Assembly (NCBI GenBank): GCA_048128005.1
Contig: JBEUKZ010000110.1
Coordinates: 1 to 64,000 of the forward strand
Direction: 5' to 3'
DNA: 64,000 bases
Source: Veleropilina oligotropha
Taxonomy: Eukaryota
In this document: in pieces, positions 51,290 to 62,935 of the stretch
Position numbering within the stretch: the first letter of the stretch is position 1
How the letters are laid out: the number at the start of each line of letters is the position of its first letter
Position numbers and translations under genes: made by a program
Notes under the pieces: model-generated
Told to the model about the DNA's origin: nothing
The model's input: only the letters and a program-made list of their open reading frames with translations
Databases searched by the model: none

Positions 51290-52634
51290 CTGGTAAATAA
51301 AAAATATTCAAGATTAGATGCAGTGATAAATAAGACTGCAATTTGCTGGTTTTAACAATATTTGTTATAATTAAGATTGTCTTTTTTTTTGTCAGCCTAA
51401 AAATATTGATTTACTCAAAATAATTTCTATCGCTATCTGCCAGGTGAAATATTGAGATTACAATATGAAAAAAATAACTAACATCATATATATATGTAAT
51501 TTTTTAATTTCATAAACATCTGTGGCAGTTTGATCATTTTCTTGTAATTATTGTGGTATTGGAATATACAACAGACCACTCCAGGAAAGTACATATCTGC
51601 CAATCAGATCACGGCCTTTTCTCAGCCCTGAAGAGCTAATCGGCAGTCGCCATAGCCTCGGACAAACAAAAGCGGACCGGTATTGCAGTTGTTAGAGTGC
51701 TAAGATTGCGTTTATTAGAGTGTTGCTATTAATTTATATGATGCTTAATGATTATTATCATTGAGAAAGTATTTGGTAAATAAAGAAGTTGCATTACATA
51801 TTTGTGTAACGTACATAGATATATTACACAATAACTAATTAGGGGAAATTCTCGATTAATATTGTATCACTGCATAGCTATCGGGTGGTGGAGTCCTGAC
51901 TAACTGTTGAATTGCACAAAAGACGTACAAGTTTACTTAAGTAGGCCCCTATATCATTAATTTCAAGTTGTCACTTTTGTTATTATGCAGACAATTTGCT
52001 GGCCGCATGTGCATTATAACAACTCCTTTGTTTTAAATTAATTGACTCTATTGAATAGAATCATTTGTGTTAATAAGCCTATCTATTGAAAACATTAGTT
52101 GGGAGTCAGTAATGGAAGAAAATGCATAAGAAAACATTTCTTTGGGAATTATGCAGTCAGTTTATTTAGCTATTAGGCTAACATAAACCACTTTCAATAA
52201 TACATCGCATTCAATGTCATTTTCTTCTCCTTATTCAGTTTCTTTAGTTTGAATGCCATTGTCGGTGTTAATTTCTCCATCTGTATATCTTCGCAATTTA
52301 CATAAATCCAAACAATAAATTAGCTATCATTCTGTTGGGTTGTTCAAGCTTCATGTTTAAGGGGTGATTTGTGTATTCAATCCTTAAAATCTACCACATT
52401 TGGGGTGATAATTGGGAGTACATCCTTGTCAAAAAGCCAGTAACTCAATAGGCATAAATGACATTTTGTCTGAGTGGACCTCTGCCCAGCGAGGGGCGTG
52501 ACTATGCTTGGCGTTGTCGTAGCAACCTGGAGCCATCTATTGAAATACTATTGTATAATATTATTAATTAAGAGTTTTAAAGTGATAAATCTGCTTACAA
52601 GAAAACTAAATAGTCATTAAGTGAAGAGCATGGT

Positions 52635-53061
52635 ATATAATGATGTTATCAGTATTGTGTGGATTCTGGCACATCGGAAACCTCGAGTGACGACGTAGTT
52701 TTTGCGGCGGATTTATCCGCCTAAAAAACTACGACGTCACAAGAGGTTTCAGATGTGCCAGAATCCACACAATAACTGATAACATTTTTATTATATGCCA
52801 CAACAAGTTTCTTATTAAATTGAATCAAAAGATTATGGTAATTTTAGTCACGAATCTGTAAGGGAGGTTGATATAGTACAGGACTATATTTGAAGTAGTT
52901 CCTACGATTTGGCAGCCATTTTGAATATATAAGCAGGAGACGTTTTCCTGTGAATATATAAGCAGGAGACGTTTTCTGAATCGATATCAGCTGTGTCCGT
53001 GATACAGGGTCTCGGAAAACTGTGCGAGAATAGGCGTCAGAAAACGACTGGCATATAATAA
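52635..53061 (-). mobile_element. Hairpin-ended element, distinct family
   Basis: Hairpin 52643-52785; IR TTATTATATGCCA (52788-52800) / TGGCATATAATAA (53049-53061). Confidence 0.72.
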
Positions 53062-53113
53062 ACATCATTATCAGAATCATTGTGTTACTGTAGTTTTGGC
53101 AAGATTTACTTAC

Positions 53114-53190
53114 GATGACAGAAGACACATATTGATCATAGAGTTTAATAGGGTTCCAGGCAGTGATGATGTCGTAACTTATTACACAAC
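53114..53190 (-). CDS. DDHD1: DDHD1-like exon
   Basis: (G)CVISYDIITAWNPIKLYDQYVSSVI; AG acceptor and GTAAGT donor. Confidence 0.9.
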
Positions 53191-53519
53191 CTGTAAAATA
53201 AATTTGTACAGCATTGAAAGCGTGGATAAAGTACAAAGATTATTTAAACATAAAGAGTGTTTACTTCATGAGGAAACAAAGTCTGATAAGCAATTCATTC
53301 TTCAAATACATCTGTGAGTAACATAAAGTAAAGCCTCACAAGAAATGCTTGTGAAATTAATATTTACACACATGGCCAATCATTGATGGATACATCAGCA
53401 TTAAGCTTGCTAAAAATTATTAACAACAAGAAGACACAGCCATCAATATCCCCCACAATGGTACATTTACAATAGCTATATGCTTTTATGTTCTTGGTGC
53501 TACATTAAGCACATGTATA

Positions 53520-53997
53520 ACTAGTTATTAATATCGTTGTTTTCAAAATGAATCGCTGCACAACGTTAAAATTAGCAAAAGATCCAGTCCATAAATATAA
53601 GTTGAGCGGTCTTTGAGATCCACTCTAGAAAAGATAACATGAGCAAATTTAAGACAAAGGGCAATAACTGTTAATAATCGCCACACGACGTCAAAATTAC
53701 TAATTTAGCAAAAGGCACCAGTTCTCCAACAACTTAATACACCTACCACATTTCGAGCAGTTTATGAGATATGCTATGGAAAAGATAATTTAAAAAAATT
53801 GAAAACAAGAGCAATAACCCTGTTAATAATCACAGCACAACGTCAAAATTAGCCATCAATTGATCAACTACTTAATACACCCGTGAAGTTTCGTAAAGAT
53901 ATGCCAAGTCGTTTATGAATTGTGCTCTAGAATATATAATTTAAATGGACGGATGTACAGAAGGACGGCTGCATTTTAATATTTTGCAGGGGATAAT
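53520..53997 (-). mobile_element. Probable degraded HINE-like element
   Basis: ATTATCCCC start on the minus strand, GGAC-type microsatellite remnant, two degenerate internal repeats. Confidence 0.4.
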
Positions 53998-55685
53998 AAT
54001 ATTATGATTCTTTCAATTATCGATTTAGTATTTGTTGTACAACCTTAACTAAATTTGATAAGAAACTTGACTTGATCTGACTTATTTGGAAATATTACTT
54101 GGTTTCTCTTAGGATGCCTTCAGATATATACATATTTATCATATGTCTTGGTCATTTTCCCATAGTGCAGTACTGTGTATTAATCGTCGTATTACACGTG
54201 TGTCAAAAGCCATATCGAAATGCGATTGGCTGTTTACAAAGAGACGTCAAAGTAACCAATGAAAACGCAAGTGACGAAACGTCATCCGAAAAAATTGCCT
54301 TATATAGAAACGATTCTGGCCAAACTCAATCCTAAACGTAATCGACGGTAACGTGTCGCACATAGATGTTTGGACTACCGTTGTAAATTTTAAGCACAAA
54401 TATTATTCATTATTCTTTTTCATTTAGGTAACATATATAACATTTTAGCATTTTATCTTCACATATTTGCTTGTTAATCTTTAATTATACTTTTACAAGC
54501 ACGTAAACATGAGGATTAAGAGTAATCCCTTGTATCTATAATAATATACTTACGTCCTTACTAATGCCATAATAAGCCTATTATCGCTAAATCCGGACAA
54601 GGTGGAAATGGTAATTTGCACTTCTTTTAGTAAATTGAACCCAGCTGACCCCCTGACCTGCTCGACCTCCTCCAGTTCATGTCCAGTAAGAGCTCGCCAA
54701 CTCCCGCGAGATCTTCTTGACCAAGGGTCAAGACCTCATCCGAAGTTTACGCAAACCCCAAGACAAAGAACTTATATAAGAGGGGAGGTGCGAAGCAGGG
54801 TGGGCCAAGTGGGTAAGGACGTAAGTATATTATTATAGATACAAGGGATTACTCTTAATCCTCATATCTATATCAAATATACTTACGTCCTTACTAATGC
54901 CAAGAATAACTTTGGTTGGCGGAGTTATAAGTTCCATACACCAAAATTAAAACTTACTTGTTACCAGAAGACGACGCTTTAGCGTTGAGATCGAGTCCGT
55001 TCAGAGTGGATTTTACTGAGCATCAAATCTACCCTTACCCCGAGGTGAGATTTCGACCAAGAAATCTGGGAAAACACGCCAGGGATGTTAGTCGGACGGG
55101 TAACACGAAAGTGCATGTAGCTCCAGACACCGGCGGAAGGTATACCTTGAGGCACTCGTGTCATGAGCAAAACAGTGATCTGAATATTCCGGACTCAAAG
55201 GTCGGCAGACAGAAAACTGCAAGACGTGGTTTTTAGAAGCACCCGAACCTAGGCAGGTAGATAGTGTTATAAAACCGTGACAATTATCAATAGATTGAAG
55301 AAAATTTCAATAACTTCATCTTGAATAATAAACTTTTGCATGTCCAACTTGCAAAATGTCAACATGATACATGTTACTTAAATAATTTTTAGTAGAGAAT
55401 AATAATAAAATTTTTCAATGTACGCACATTGAAATGTTCTGAGACAGCAGAAGAACATTTTAAAATAATATTATTTACCAAAAAGCATTATTAAGATTTA
55501 ATAATATAAATGTCTACATCCAATGTGGGCATTGCTTCATATTAACTCAGTATGAATAATAATTTCAATTTCTTAATCAGTTTAAGAAAGAAATAACATT
55601 GGAATAAATTCTAAAGGTGATTTCAATGTACACAAATAGAATTACATTATATTACCTCAGTGTCTGGTGAAATTCCACAAACCAA

Positions 55686-58646
55686 TCACTGTCGGGATGA
55701 CCCAGATCCCGTTATACATTGTTGTCCTGCCGCCACAAAGGAAATCCGATGTTCACCCTCAGCCGTGGTCGCATAATCATGCAGGTAAAAGCGAACAAAG
55801 GTATTTGCGTTCTTCCAATAACAAGCCTTCAAGATTTCATTGATATTCAAATTATATTTGAAGGCTAACGAAGTCGCTACTGCACGTGTTTCGTGTGCGT
55901 GAATTGAAACGAGATCTCGTTCTGGCTCATGTGACCGGGAGTAAATCTCCTTAACAACAGAGACAATCCAACGGGAAACAGTCGATTTGCGAATGTCGCG
56001 GTGGAATTGAGGCATATGGCTAACGAATAAACGCTTTTTACCGTGCCGTAGGTCTCGGGTCTTATCCAGGTAGAATCTCAACGCGCGGACCGGGCAGTTG
56101 AGGCGGTCGATATCATTTCGATCCAGCATGGAGAGGTTACGAATACAAACCTCGGGACTGATATCATCAGGTCGTTGTGTCTTCGCTAGGAAGCCAAGGA
56201 CAGTACGCAGCGTCACCGACCCATCGGTGTGGAAGTGTATGTCTCGAAGCTCTCCGGATAACGCGTGTATCTCCGAGGCCCGGTTACCAGTGGCGAGGGC
56301 GGTAAGAAATACGGTCTTATAAGTGAGATTTTTTAGGGAACACTCACTCATAGGCTCGTACGGGCCTCTAAGTAAAGCATTGAGAACTAACAAAACATTC
56401 CAAGCGGGCGGTCGCACTCGCTGAATGGGCCGTTCGAGTTGATAGGAGCGTATGAAGTCCGATATAGTTTTGTCGGTAGACAAGCGGGTGTGCTCGCGGC
56501 ATTGCCGTAACGTTGTAGCTACGCATGAACGGTAGCCTTTGACTGCGGAAATTGACATTCCCCGTTCTAGCAACGACGATAAGAACTCGATAAATTTGGT
56601 CACAGGGGGGCGGAATATATTGACTTGCCGCCCGCGACACCAATCCACAAACTTTTTCCATCGGTAGTCATATACCCTTGTCGTAGATTGTCTTCTAGAT
56701 CGGTAAATGCGCTGGGCTGTCGCTCTAGAAAAGCCCTTCTTAATGAGCGATCTCTCGATAGTCGCCAGGCGTGAAAGTGAAACTCGTTCGCCGACGGGTG
56801 TAGAACCCGACTGCGCGGTTGAGACAACAGGTCTGCCATCTGCGGTAGCGCTCGTGGCTGATCGATGAGTAGATCCAGAAGTGTCGGAAACCAGGACTGC
56901 GTTCGTTGTAGAGGTGCTATTAGCGTCAACTCGCAGTCTTCGCGGGTCGCTTTCCGTAGTACTTGTGCCAACATGCACGACGGTGGGAAGGCGTAGGCGA
57001 TCAGATTCTCCCATCTCATTGACAGAGCGTCGACTGCAATAGCGGCCGGGTCCGGGTAAGGAGACACATAGAGAGGGATTCGGTGATTGAATTCGGTTGC
57101 GAATAAATCGACTTGAGGTGTCGACCACAGGCGACAGACATCTCGGGCTACACGGGCGTGTAGCGTCCACTCTGTGTGAATAATCTGTGTTTTCCGAGAG
57201 AGCGTATCCGCTCTGACATTCAGCTTCCCCGGGATGTGTCGGGCTCGAATTGACGAGTTGAGTGACATCACTAGGCGGTGCAGGTCTATCGCTCGGTCGC
57301 AAAGCGGACGGGAGCGAGTGCCGCCCTGGTGCTGGATGTAAGCGACGACAGTCGTGTTGTCCGTTGCTAGCATTATGTGCTTGTTTCGGAGATGTGACGA
57401 GAGGGACTGTACTGACAGGTAGACGGCCTCTAACTCTAGGAAGTTGATGTGTCGTCCCTGAAGGTCCGTAGGCCAGAGGCCCGATGTCTCGTGACTGTCG
57501 AAGTGACCTCCCCAGCCCTCGTTTGACGCGTCCGTGAAGAGGTAGGCGTTCGGTTCTGGGGGGGATATTGGAACCGACTGGCTCGGCAGGGAAGTATTCA
57601 ACCACACTGCTGTCGTGCGATTGAACCAATGCCGTAGATCGATGCGATCCGTCCACTGTCCCGTACGTTGTATCCAGCGGTCCTTGAAGGCCTGCTGCAA
57701 CGGTCGTTTGTCCATGCGACCTGTCGGTAACAGGGGAGCTACCGACTCGATGTGCCCTAGGACAGTGGCCAGTCGTCGCGCTGTAGTTATCCGTGAAGAC
57801 TTCGTTTCTAGTATAACTGCGCGTAGGTTCTCTATACGTTTCTGAGTCGGTTTCGCGGTGTACCGGACCGTGTCGAATTCGACCCCTAGAAATATAAACG
57901 TCGTCGAGGGCACGAAGCAGGATTTGTCGTTGTTGATCTGTAATCCCAGGCGCTTCGCCGATGACAGGGTAACGCTCATAGACTGGAGGCACCGATCCCG
58001 GGACGCCCCGAGAATCAACCAGTCGTCGAGGTACATGTGTACTCTGTGCCCTCGCGAGTGTAGGAAGGCCCCGAGAGCCTGTACTACTCGCGTGAAGACG
58101 TACGGGGCTGACGATAGACCGAACGGTAGACACCTGAACTGGTAGATCGTTCCCCCGTGAACAAACCGTAGGTACCGGTGAGCCGAGATATGCATCGGAA
58201 CGTGTAGGTACGCATCGGTTAAGTCGATAGACGCTGCCCAGTCGCCCGGACGGATGGCCGTTCGTATCTTCGAGAGTGTTTCTTGCTTGAACTTCTCGGT
58301 ACGAAGATACTGGTTGAGGAACGACAGATCGAGGATCGGTCGCCAACGGCCGTCGGGTTTCGGGACCAGGAAAAAGTGGCTGTAATATCCTGGTGTGCTG
58401 GGCGGCGCGGGATAGATCGCTCTCTTTGAGAGTAAATCCCGCACTGCCTGGTCTAGGACCGCTTGTTTTTCTCCTATCAGGAGACGAGCGCGTCCTGGTG
58501 GTGGTGTCGCGTCTAGGGTTGGATGCCGGTCGAATGCCAACTTGTATCCGGCACTCACGACTGAGTGAACCCAGTTGTCCTCTGTCATTTCCAGCCAGGA
58601 CAGGCTGTACTCTGACAGACACGCTCCCACCGGCGGAAGCGTGCAA
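55686..58646 (-). CDS. DIRS copy B ORF3: tyrosine recombinase
   Basis: R, HxxR, W and Y catalytic motifs intact. Confidence 0.93.
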   Translation of the reverse strand: MHASAGGSVSVRVQPVLAGNDRGQLGSLSRECRIQVGIRPASNPRRDTTTRTRSSPDRRKTSGPRPGSAGFTLKESDLSRAAQHTRILQPLFPGPETRRPLATDPRSVVPQPVSSYREVQARNTLEDTNGHPSGRLGSVYRLNRCVPTRSDAYLGSPVPTVCSRGNDLPVQVSTVRSIVSPVRLHASSTGSRGLPTLARAQSTHVPRRLVDSRGVPGSVPPVYERYPVIGEAPGITDQQRQILLRALDDVYISRGRIRHGPVHRETDSETYREPTRSYTRNEVFTDNYSATTGHCPRAHRVGSSPVTDRSHGQTTVAAGLQGPLDTTYGTVDGSHRSTALVQSHDSSVVEYFPAEPVGSNIPPRTERLPLHGRVKRGLGRSLRQSRDIGPLAYGPSGTTHQLPRVRGRLPVSTVPLVTSPKQAHNASNGQHDCRRLHPAPGRHSLPSALRPSDRPAPPSDVTQLVNSSPTHPGEAECQSGYALSENTDYSHRVDATRPCSPRCLSPVVDTSSRFIRNRIQSPNPSLCVSLPGPGRYCSRRSVNEMGESDRLRLPTVVHVGTSTTESDPRRLRVDANSTSTTNAVLVSDTSGSTHRSATSATADGRPVVSTAQSGSTPVGERVSLSRLATIERSLIKKGFSRATAQRIYRSRRQSTTRVYDYRWKKFVDWCRGRQVNIFRPPVTKFIEFLSSLLERGMSISAVKGYRSCVATTLRQCREHTRLSTDKTISDFIRSYQLERPIQRVRPPAWNVLLVLNALLRGPYEPMSECSLKNLTYKTVFLTALATGNRASEIHALSGELRDIHFHTDGSVTLRTVLGFLAKTQRPDDISPEVCIRNLSMLDRNDIDRLNCPVRALRFYLDKTRDLRHGKKRLFVSHMPQFHRDIRKSTVSRWIVSVVKEIYSRSHEPERDLVSIHAHETRAVATSLAFKYNLNINEILKACYWKNANTFVRFYLHDYATTAEGEHRISFVAAGQQCITGSGSSRQ

Positions 58647-58987
58647 CTGAGCTCGTCGCGAGCGCCGGCAACCCTAGGGCCGCGGCTTCCCTCTCCCGCT
58701 CTGACGGGATTTCGTCGGAGGTGTTTTCTTCGCGACAGGTTTATTGGCCTGAGAAGGCCGACCCGGCGAAGGTTTAACACGCTTGGAAGGCGTATGAGAC
58801 CGGGACGGTCTCGAGCGCTTCCTAGAGGTAGCAGTCGGCGTGCTCCGAGGAGTAGCCAAGACTGCCTTCTCGATTGCGCGATCCTTGAGGTCAGCCGCTC
58901 GCTTCTCGACAAATTCGGGGAATTTGTCTCCGAAGAGAGTAGAGGCCGACAACGGTACACAACGTAGAGACTGCCGGGTGGCGTCAT
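56600..58987 (-). CDS. DIRS copy B ORF2: RT, RNase H, MT-like
   Basis: YLDD, FTDAS, DLFAT and YAFPP motifs intact. Confidence 0.95.
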   Translation of the reverse strand: MTPPGSLYVVYRCRPLLSSETNSPNLSRSERLTSRIAQSRRQSWLLLGARRLLPLGSARDRPGLIRLPSVLNLRRVGLLRPINLSRRKHLRRNPVRAGEGSRGPRVAGARDELSCTLPPVGACLSEYSLSWLEMTEDNWVHSVVSAGYKLAFDRHPTLDATPPPGRARLLIGEKQAVLDQAVRDLLSKRAIYPAPPSTPGYYSHFFLVPKPDGRWRPILDLSFLNQYLRTEKFKQETLSKIRTAIRPGDWAASIDLTDAYLHVPMHISAHRYLRFVHGGTIYQFRCLPFGLSSAPYVFTRVVQALGAFLHSRGHRVHMYLDDWLILGASRDRCLQSMSVTLSSAKRLGLQINNDKSCFVPSTTFIFLGVEFDTVRYTAKPTQKRIENLRAVILETKSSRITTARRLATVLGHIESVAPLLPTGRMDKRPLQQAFKDRWIQRTGQWTDRIDLRHWFNRTTAVWLNTSLPSQSVPISPPEPNAYLFTDASNEGWGGHFDSHETSGLWPTDLQGRHINFLELEAVYLSVQSLSSHLRNKHIMLATDNTTVVAYIQHQGGTRSRPLCDRAIDLHRLVMSLNSSIRARHIPGKLNVRADTLSRKTQIIHTEWTLHARVARDVCRLWSTPQVDLFATEFNHRIPLYVSPYPDPAAIAVDALSMRWENLIAYAFPPSCMLAQVLRKATREDCELTLIAPLQRTQSWFPTLLDLLIDQPRALPQMADLLSQPRSRVLHPSANEFHFHAWRLSRDRSLRRAFLERQPSAFTDLEDNLRQGYMTTDGKSLWIGVAGGKSIYSAPL

Positions 58988-60893
58988 CTAGCGTGGTGCC
59001 GTCTAGGCAAGCGTCTCTACGAAGTAGGACAGCATTGCCTAAGGATCGGGCTGACTCCGACGCGGAGTGCTCCGTGGAGGCGGCAACCTCTTCGAGAAAG
59101 GACAGTGCGATCTCACGAGCGCGGGGTCCGTTCTCTTGTAGTACGGTAATGGCTCCGTCTAGGAAAAAATCCTGGATAGAGGCATGCCGTAGAGCCCGAC
59201 GAGCGGAGCTCTCAAAGCCCTCCATGGCGACCCATGGGACTTTGACCACTGAGGGAGCTGTGCTGGCCGACAGTCGACGCATCGCTGCATCGATCTGAAC
59301 CGGCTCAGTCTCCAGACACGCCCCAGAGCATCCGATCGAAATCGGACGCTTACCGGGTCGGAGGTACTTCCCTTTACGGAGACCACGAGGGTACTCTGTT
59401 AATGAGGAAGTCTCCACCGATTTGGGTCCCTGAATGGATTTGGTCGCCGAGTCGAGGACGAGCGAGACCAACCCAGACTGGGGTAGGGTAGGAAGCAGGG
59501 GGGCTTCCGGCCCATCAAATCGACGTGCCGCTGTCCTGTGCCTGACGAAGCCTACCGGCAGAGCCGGGTCGGGCAAGTCTAGCACCCCGCGAAGCGACGC
59601 GACAGCGTCGTATCTTCTGCGGGTGGCGGAGATGGTCTCATGCGTGCCCGACTGACTACAAGAGTCGTCCGGTCCGACCGATTCAGGGAGGTCAGAGTGA
59701 GTGGAAGCACTGTCCTCGTCGGAACGAGGATCGACTTCCATCACCGAAGCATGAGCCGAGCCCGGCGTTACGGTCAGAGACGTTGGGACCTGGGGCGGCT
59801 GGGTAGCCGGTTGCCAGGACCTACAACGTGCCTCGACTTCCATCGCAATCATTGCCTGGACGCTCTCAAGAGAGAAACCCGGAGGCATGACGGACGTCGG
59901 ACCAACAGCCATTGGTCCGCTCGAGGTTACCGTAGCGCATGGGGGACGGGCTGCACGGACAGGTGGAGCCGAGTACCAGGGACTCGGGTTACCTGTCGGG
60001 AAACCGCTACCAGGGAAACGGCCCGGAGGCGCGTTAAACGGAGCGAGCGACCCGTAAGACTGCGACCACAGTCCATACGGGTCTGTAACCCTGCTCGGGT
60101 GAGGCACGGGGGTATACCCGCCGTACGCCTCAGCCCCGAACGCAGCCGATCCTACCACACCACCCGGGACGTCTTGAAAAGAACCGTCAGAGGAGGTTGG
60201 CCTTCCATCACTCTCGTGGGCTCCGATAGTGGCGATATTAGCCTTTAAGCTAGCGCCATTGTCGGACGAGAGGACGGGTTGCGTCGAGCGTCTGGGACTT
60301 CGACCACGGTCGTGGTGCCCAGCAACTGTATCGACTTTTTCTGCTAGTCTCCTTCGCCTCTTTTCAGAGGTTACTTGACTCACAGAAGGACTAACGCTGC
60401 CTTGCTCCTCCGAGGCCGGAGGAGAGGTAAGGTTTTGTCTGCCCTGTACAGCTTTTCGCCGCGGCGCTCGATGTATCTCACTGGCCGGCAAGATACTTTG
60501 AGCAGCGGTTACTAGGCCCAAAGGAGAGGTATCGGTCGGAACTCGGTCCCTTACCTGAATCTGAGATCCCGACGATTCCGGGACTTTCCCCAAAGTCTCG
60601 GAGGTGTCGTCGGGCCCACCACGGCTACCATCAAGAGGGTCTGAAAGAGAAAGTGAAGGGTTAAAACCTGTCTCTAGCCTCTGGAGCTTCTCGGTGGATG
60701 CCCCCTCGGAAGAAGATACCCTGGTTGTCTTCTCCGAAGGGAAAAGAGTCTCCCACTGCCGACTCGTCAGTGTTACGCAATGCCCACATGGATGGTCCTT
60801 ATCGCTAGAACATACACGGTGAAAAGTGCATTCGGAGTGCTTGTCAAAACCACGGATTTTCTGTCGGCACTCGGAAACACTGCAATGCTTCAT
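58674..60893 (-). CDS. DIRS copy B ORF1, Gag-like
   Basis: Colinear with copy A ORF1, no stops. Confidence 0.85.
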   Translation of the reverse strand: MKHCSVSECRQKIRGFDKHSECTFHRVCSSDKDHPCGHCVTLTSRQWETLFPSEKTTRVSSSEGASTEKLQRLETGFNPSLSLSDPLDGSRGGPDDTSETLGKVPESSGSQIQVRDRVPTDTSPLGLVTAAQSILPASEIHRAPRRKAVQGRQNLTSPPASEEQGSVSPSVSQVTSEKRRRRLAEKVDTVAGHHDRGRSPRRSTQPVLSSDNGASLKANIATIGAHESDGRPTSSDGSFQDVPGGVVGSAAFGAEAYGGYTPVPHPSRVTDPYGLWSQSYGSLAPFNAPPGRFPGSGFPTGNPSPWYSAPPVRAARPPCATVTSSGPMAVGPTSVMPPGFSLESVQAMIAMEVEARCRSWQPATQPPQVPTSLTVTPGSAHASVMEVDPRSDEDSASTHSDLPESVGPDDSCSQSGTHETISATRRRYDAVASLRGVLDLPDPALPVGFVRHRTAARRFDGPEAPLLPTLPQSGLVSLVLDSATKSIQGPKSVETSSLTEYPRGLRKGKYLRPGKRPISIGCSGACLETEPVQIDAAMRRLSASTAPSVVKVPWVAMEGFESSARRALRHASIQDFFLDGAITVLQENGPRAREIALSFLEEVAASTEHSASESARSLGNAVLLRRDACLDGTTLDDATRQSLRCVPLSASTLFGDKFPEFVEKRAADLKDRAIEKAVLATPRSTPTATSRKRSRPSRSHTPSKRVKPSPGRPSQANKPVAKKTPPTKSRQSGRGKPRP

Positions 60894-62237
60894 AGCTACA
60901 CACACGGGTAGGTAGGAGATAGGGTTTTTAAAGTGATAAGGATATTTCCCGGGTAGTTTACCAAATTACTACTACAACCTCGATTGTACCTGATCCGAGA
61001 GTAGGAAAAGGCTGAAATACGCTTAGAACTTACGGCGGATTATACGCCCAAAAACACCGACTTTATATTTTTACTTTTTTAAAAACCAGTCGGTCAACGA
61101 ATTGAGAAACGGGAGGTCTTTCTTTTTAAGAAACCGCCCTTTTACACCTAAAAACCTCTTGGATGTATATATATCAATTTGTTAGAATTCGGCGTGCTAT
61201 CCCCGATTTAGCAGATTTACCAAAATAACGCTAGTTAAATTCTAAATAATCTGCTTTTCAACGACGATAAATTTTATTACATAAATTTATAGCAAGAAAA
61301 AAGTCGTTGAGGAATTATCGTATATATAAATGAAATGCAATGCAAATTCAAGCAATATCAATAATCAACTCTCTTATCCTGACTCCGTAGTTATTGCTAG
61401 GGAGCTTCCTTCTTTAAATATCCCTCTGAGCGGCCTCTTTTCTGTCTTTTCAGAATTCCAAGATGGCGTCGTCAATGGAGGGTGTCGATTTCGTTTTTTG
61501 TCCTCTTGAAGACAGGAAAACTTCTAAGAAGGCGTCTTATTCAGGAAGAGACTCTCGACTTTCCACTAAACGTGTTCACAACACTATACTAGACCTTATG
61601 AGCTGATAGATTATTAAAATCGAGCTCAAAAAAGATCGAAAAATCACAAAGATTGTGGAGCAAAGCAAAACGCGACTTGTTCAATCGAGCGGAAAACTTC
61701 GGATGAGGTCTTGACCCTTGGTCAAGAAGATCTCGCGGGAGTTGGCGAGCTCTTACTGGACATGAACTGGAGGAGGTCGAGCAGGTCAGGGGGTCAGCTG
61801 GGTTCAATTTACTAAAAGAAGTGCAAATTACCATTTCCACCTTGTCCGGATTTAGCGATAATAGGCTTATTATGGCATTAGTAAGGACGTAAGTATATTT
61901 GATATAGATATTGTATTTCGTAGCAAATTTCACTATTTTTAGTAATGCGTGAGTATGACGTCATTCCATCTGACTTACAATAAGCTGTAGTGTCAACGTC
62001 GCTACTTTCTAATAGCGAAGTTGTGAATTGCTTTAAATTAATTTTATCAAAAACAGACATGTGATAAATAGAACATCACATTCGTGGTGGTGTAATATCA
62101 CATTTATGAAACTCGTTTAACTAATTTTCATATTTTCCTCAGCAAAGCCTCGGAAAATTAGTTAAACTCGTTTCATTTATGTGATATTACACCACCACTC
62201 ATGTGAGATCCTCTATTTACAGTACACTAGGACTCAC

Positions 62238-62349
62238 CTAGAGAATGAGCAATGACCGACACCTTACCGCCACCAGCTTCGAAGTAAGGATGTCGGGCGC
62301 AGAACATGGAGTAGAGTCGATTTAATTCTGTTTGTAGGCCTTGAGTTAT
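62238..62349 (-). CDS. DDHD1: DDHD1-like exon with lipase nucleophile motif
   Basis: ITQGLQTELNRLYSMFCARHPYFEAGGGKVSVIAHSL(G); the AHSLG motif carries the catalytic Ser. Confidence 0.92.
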
Positions 62350-62828
62350 CTAAAATATGTGACATATCAACATGAGTATACTCTTCCAATTCAAACATAA
62401 TTCTGCACATATACAAACTATTTTTTTTATAAGACCAGTTAATATTTGATTCGATTAGAATTTAACTTTTTCGTCATATTTTACGTTCCAAAGACAGACT
62501 TGCAAATATTCATAATATTATTTTTGTAAGAAGAACGCCCAATGGATCTAGTGAAATCCACTTCTTCCGCTGGTTATTGACTACATGTACCAAGACGGAC
62601 AACTCTGTGTCGTAGACCGGGAGTCAAATCCACATTGTTAACTATTGTCGGCATGGTCGCTAAACTACAATTCAATCAATCAATGTTAACACACTGTAAG
62701 ATCATTTTCTCATATTAATTCCCTATAAAAAACGAGGTTGCTGATTCATTTCAGACATTTAACTTACAGATCAGGCACTTTCATATTTATTTATTTGTGA
62801 AATAACGGTTTAAAATAAAAACATTCAC

Positions 62829-62935
62829 CTCCGATCTGTAGAGTGGACTGGTATAGTAAAGAACGTCCATGGCACTGCTGTTCAGAATAGTTCTTAGACC
62901 TTTTATCTTTTGTGGTGTTATAGATTCCACTGTAT
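62829..62935 (-). CDS. DDHD1: DDHD1-like exon
   Basis: DTVESITPQKIKGLRTILNSSAMDVLYYTSPLYRSE; canonical splice sites. Confidence 0.92.

Larger units (their letters stand above)
54509..61911 (-). mobile_element. Full-length DIRS1-type retrotransposon, copy B
   Basis: ITRs 54543-54748 and 61694-61899, ICR 54813-54902, and the same three intact ORFs as copy A with scattered substitutions. Confidence 0.97.
54135..62215 (+). mobile_element. Family 1 hairpin-ended element split by DIRS copy B
   Basis: Left part 54135-54508 resembles the start of the 5980 copy. Right part 61912-62215 has the IR (62056-62068) and the family-1 hairpin. Confidence 0.75.

Noticed and set aside
42086..60822. Plus-strand ORFs repeated in both DIRS copies (e.g. 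202 aa at 45628 and 59640)
   Set aside because: Antisense shadows of GC-rich coding DNA; the copies are too similar for shared ORFs to count as conservation.
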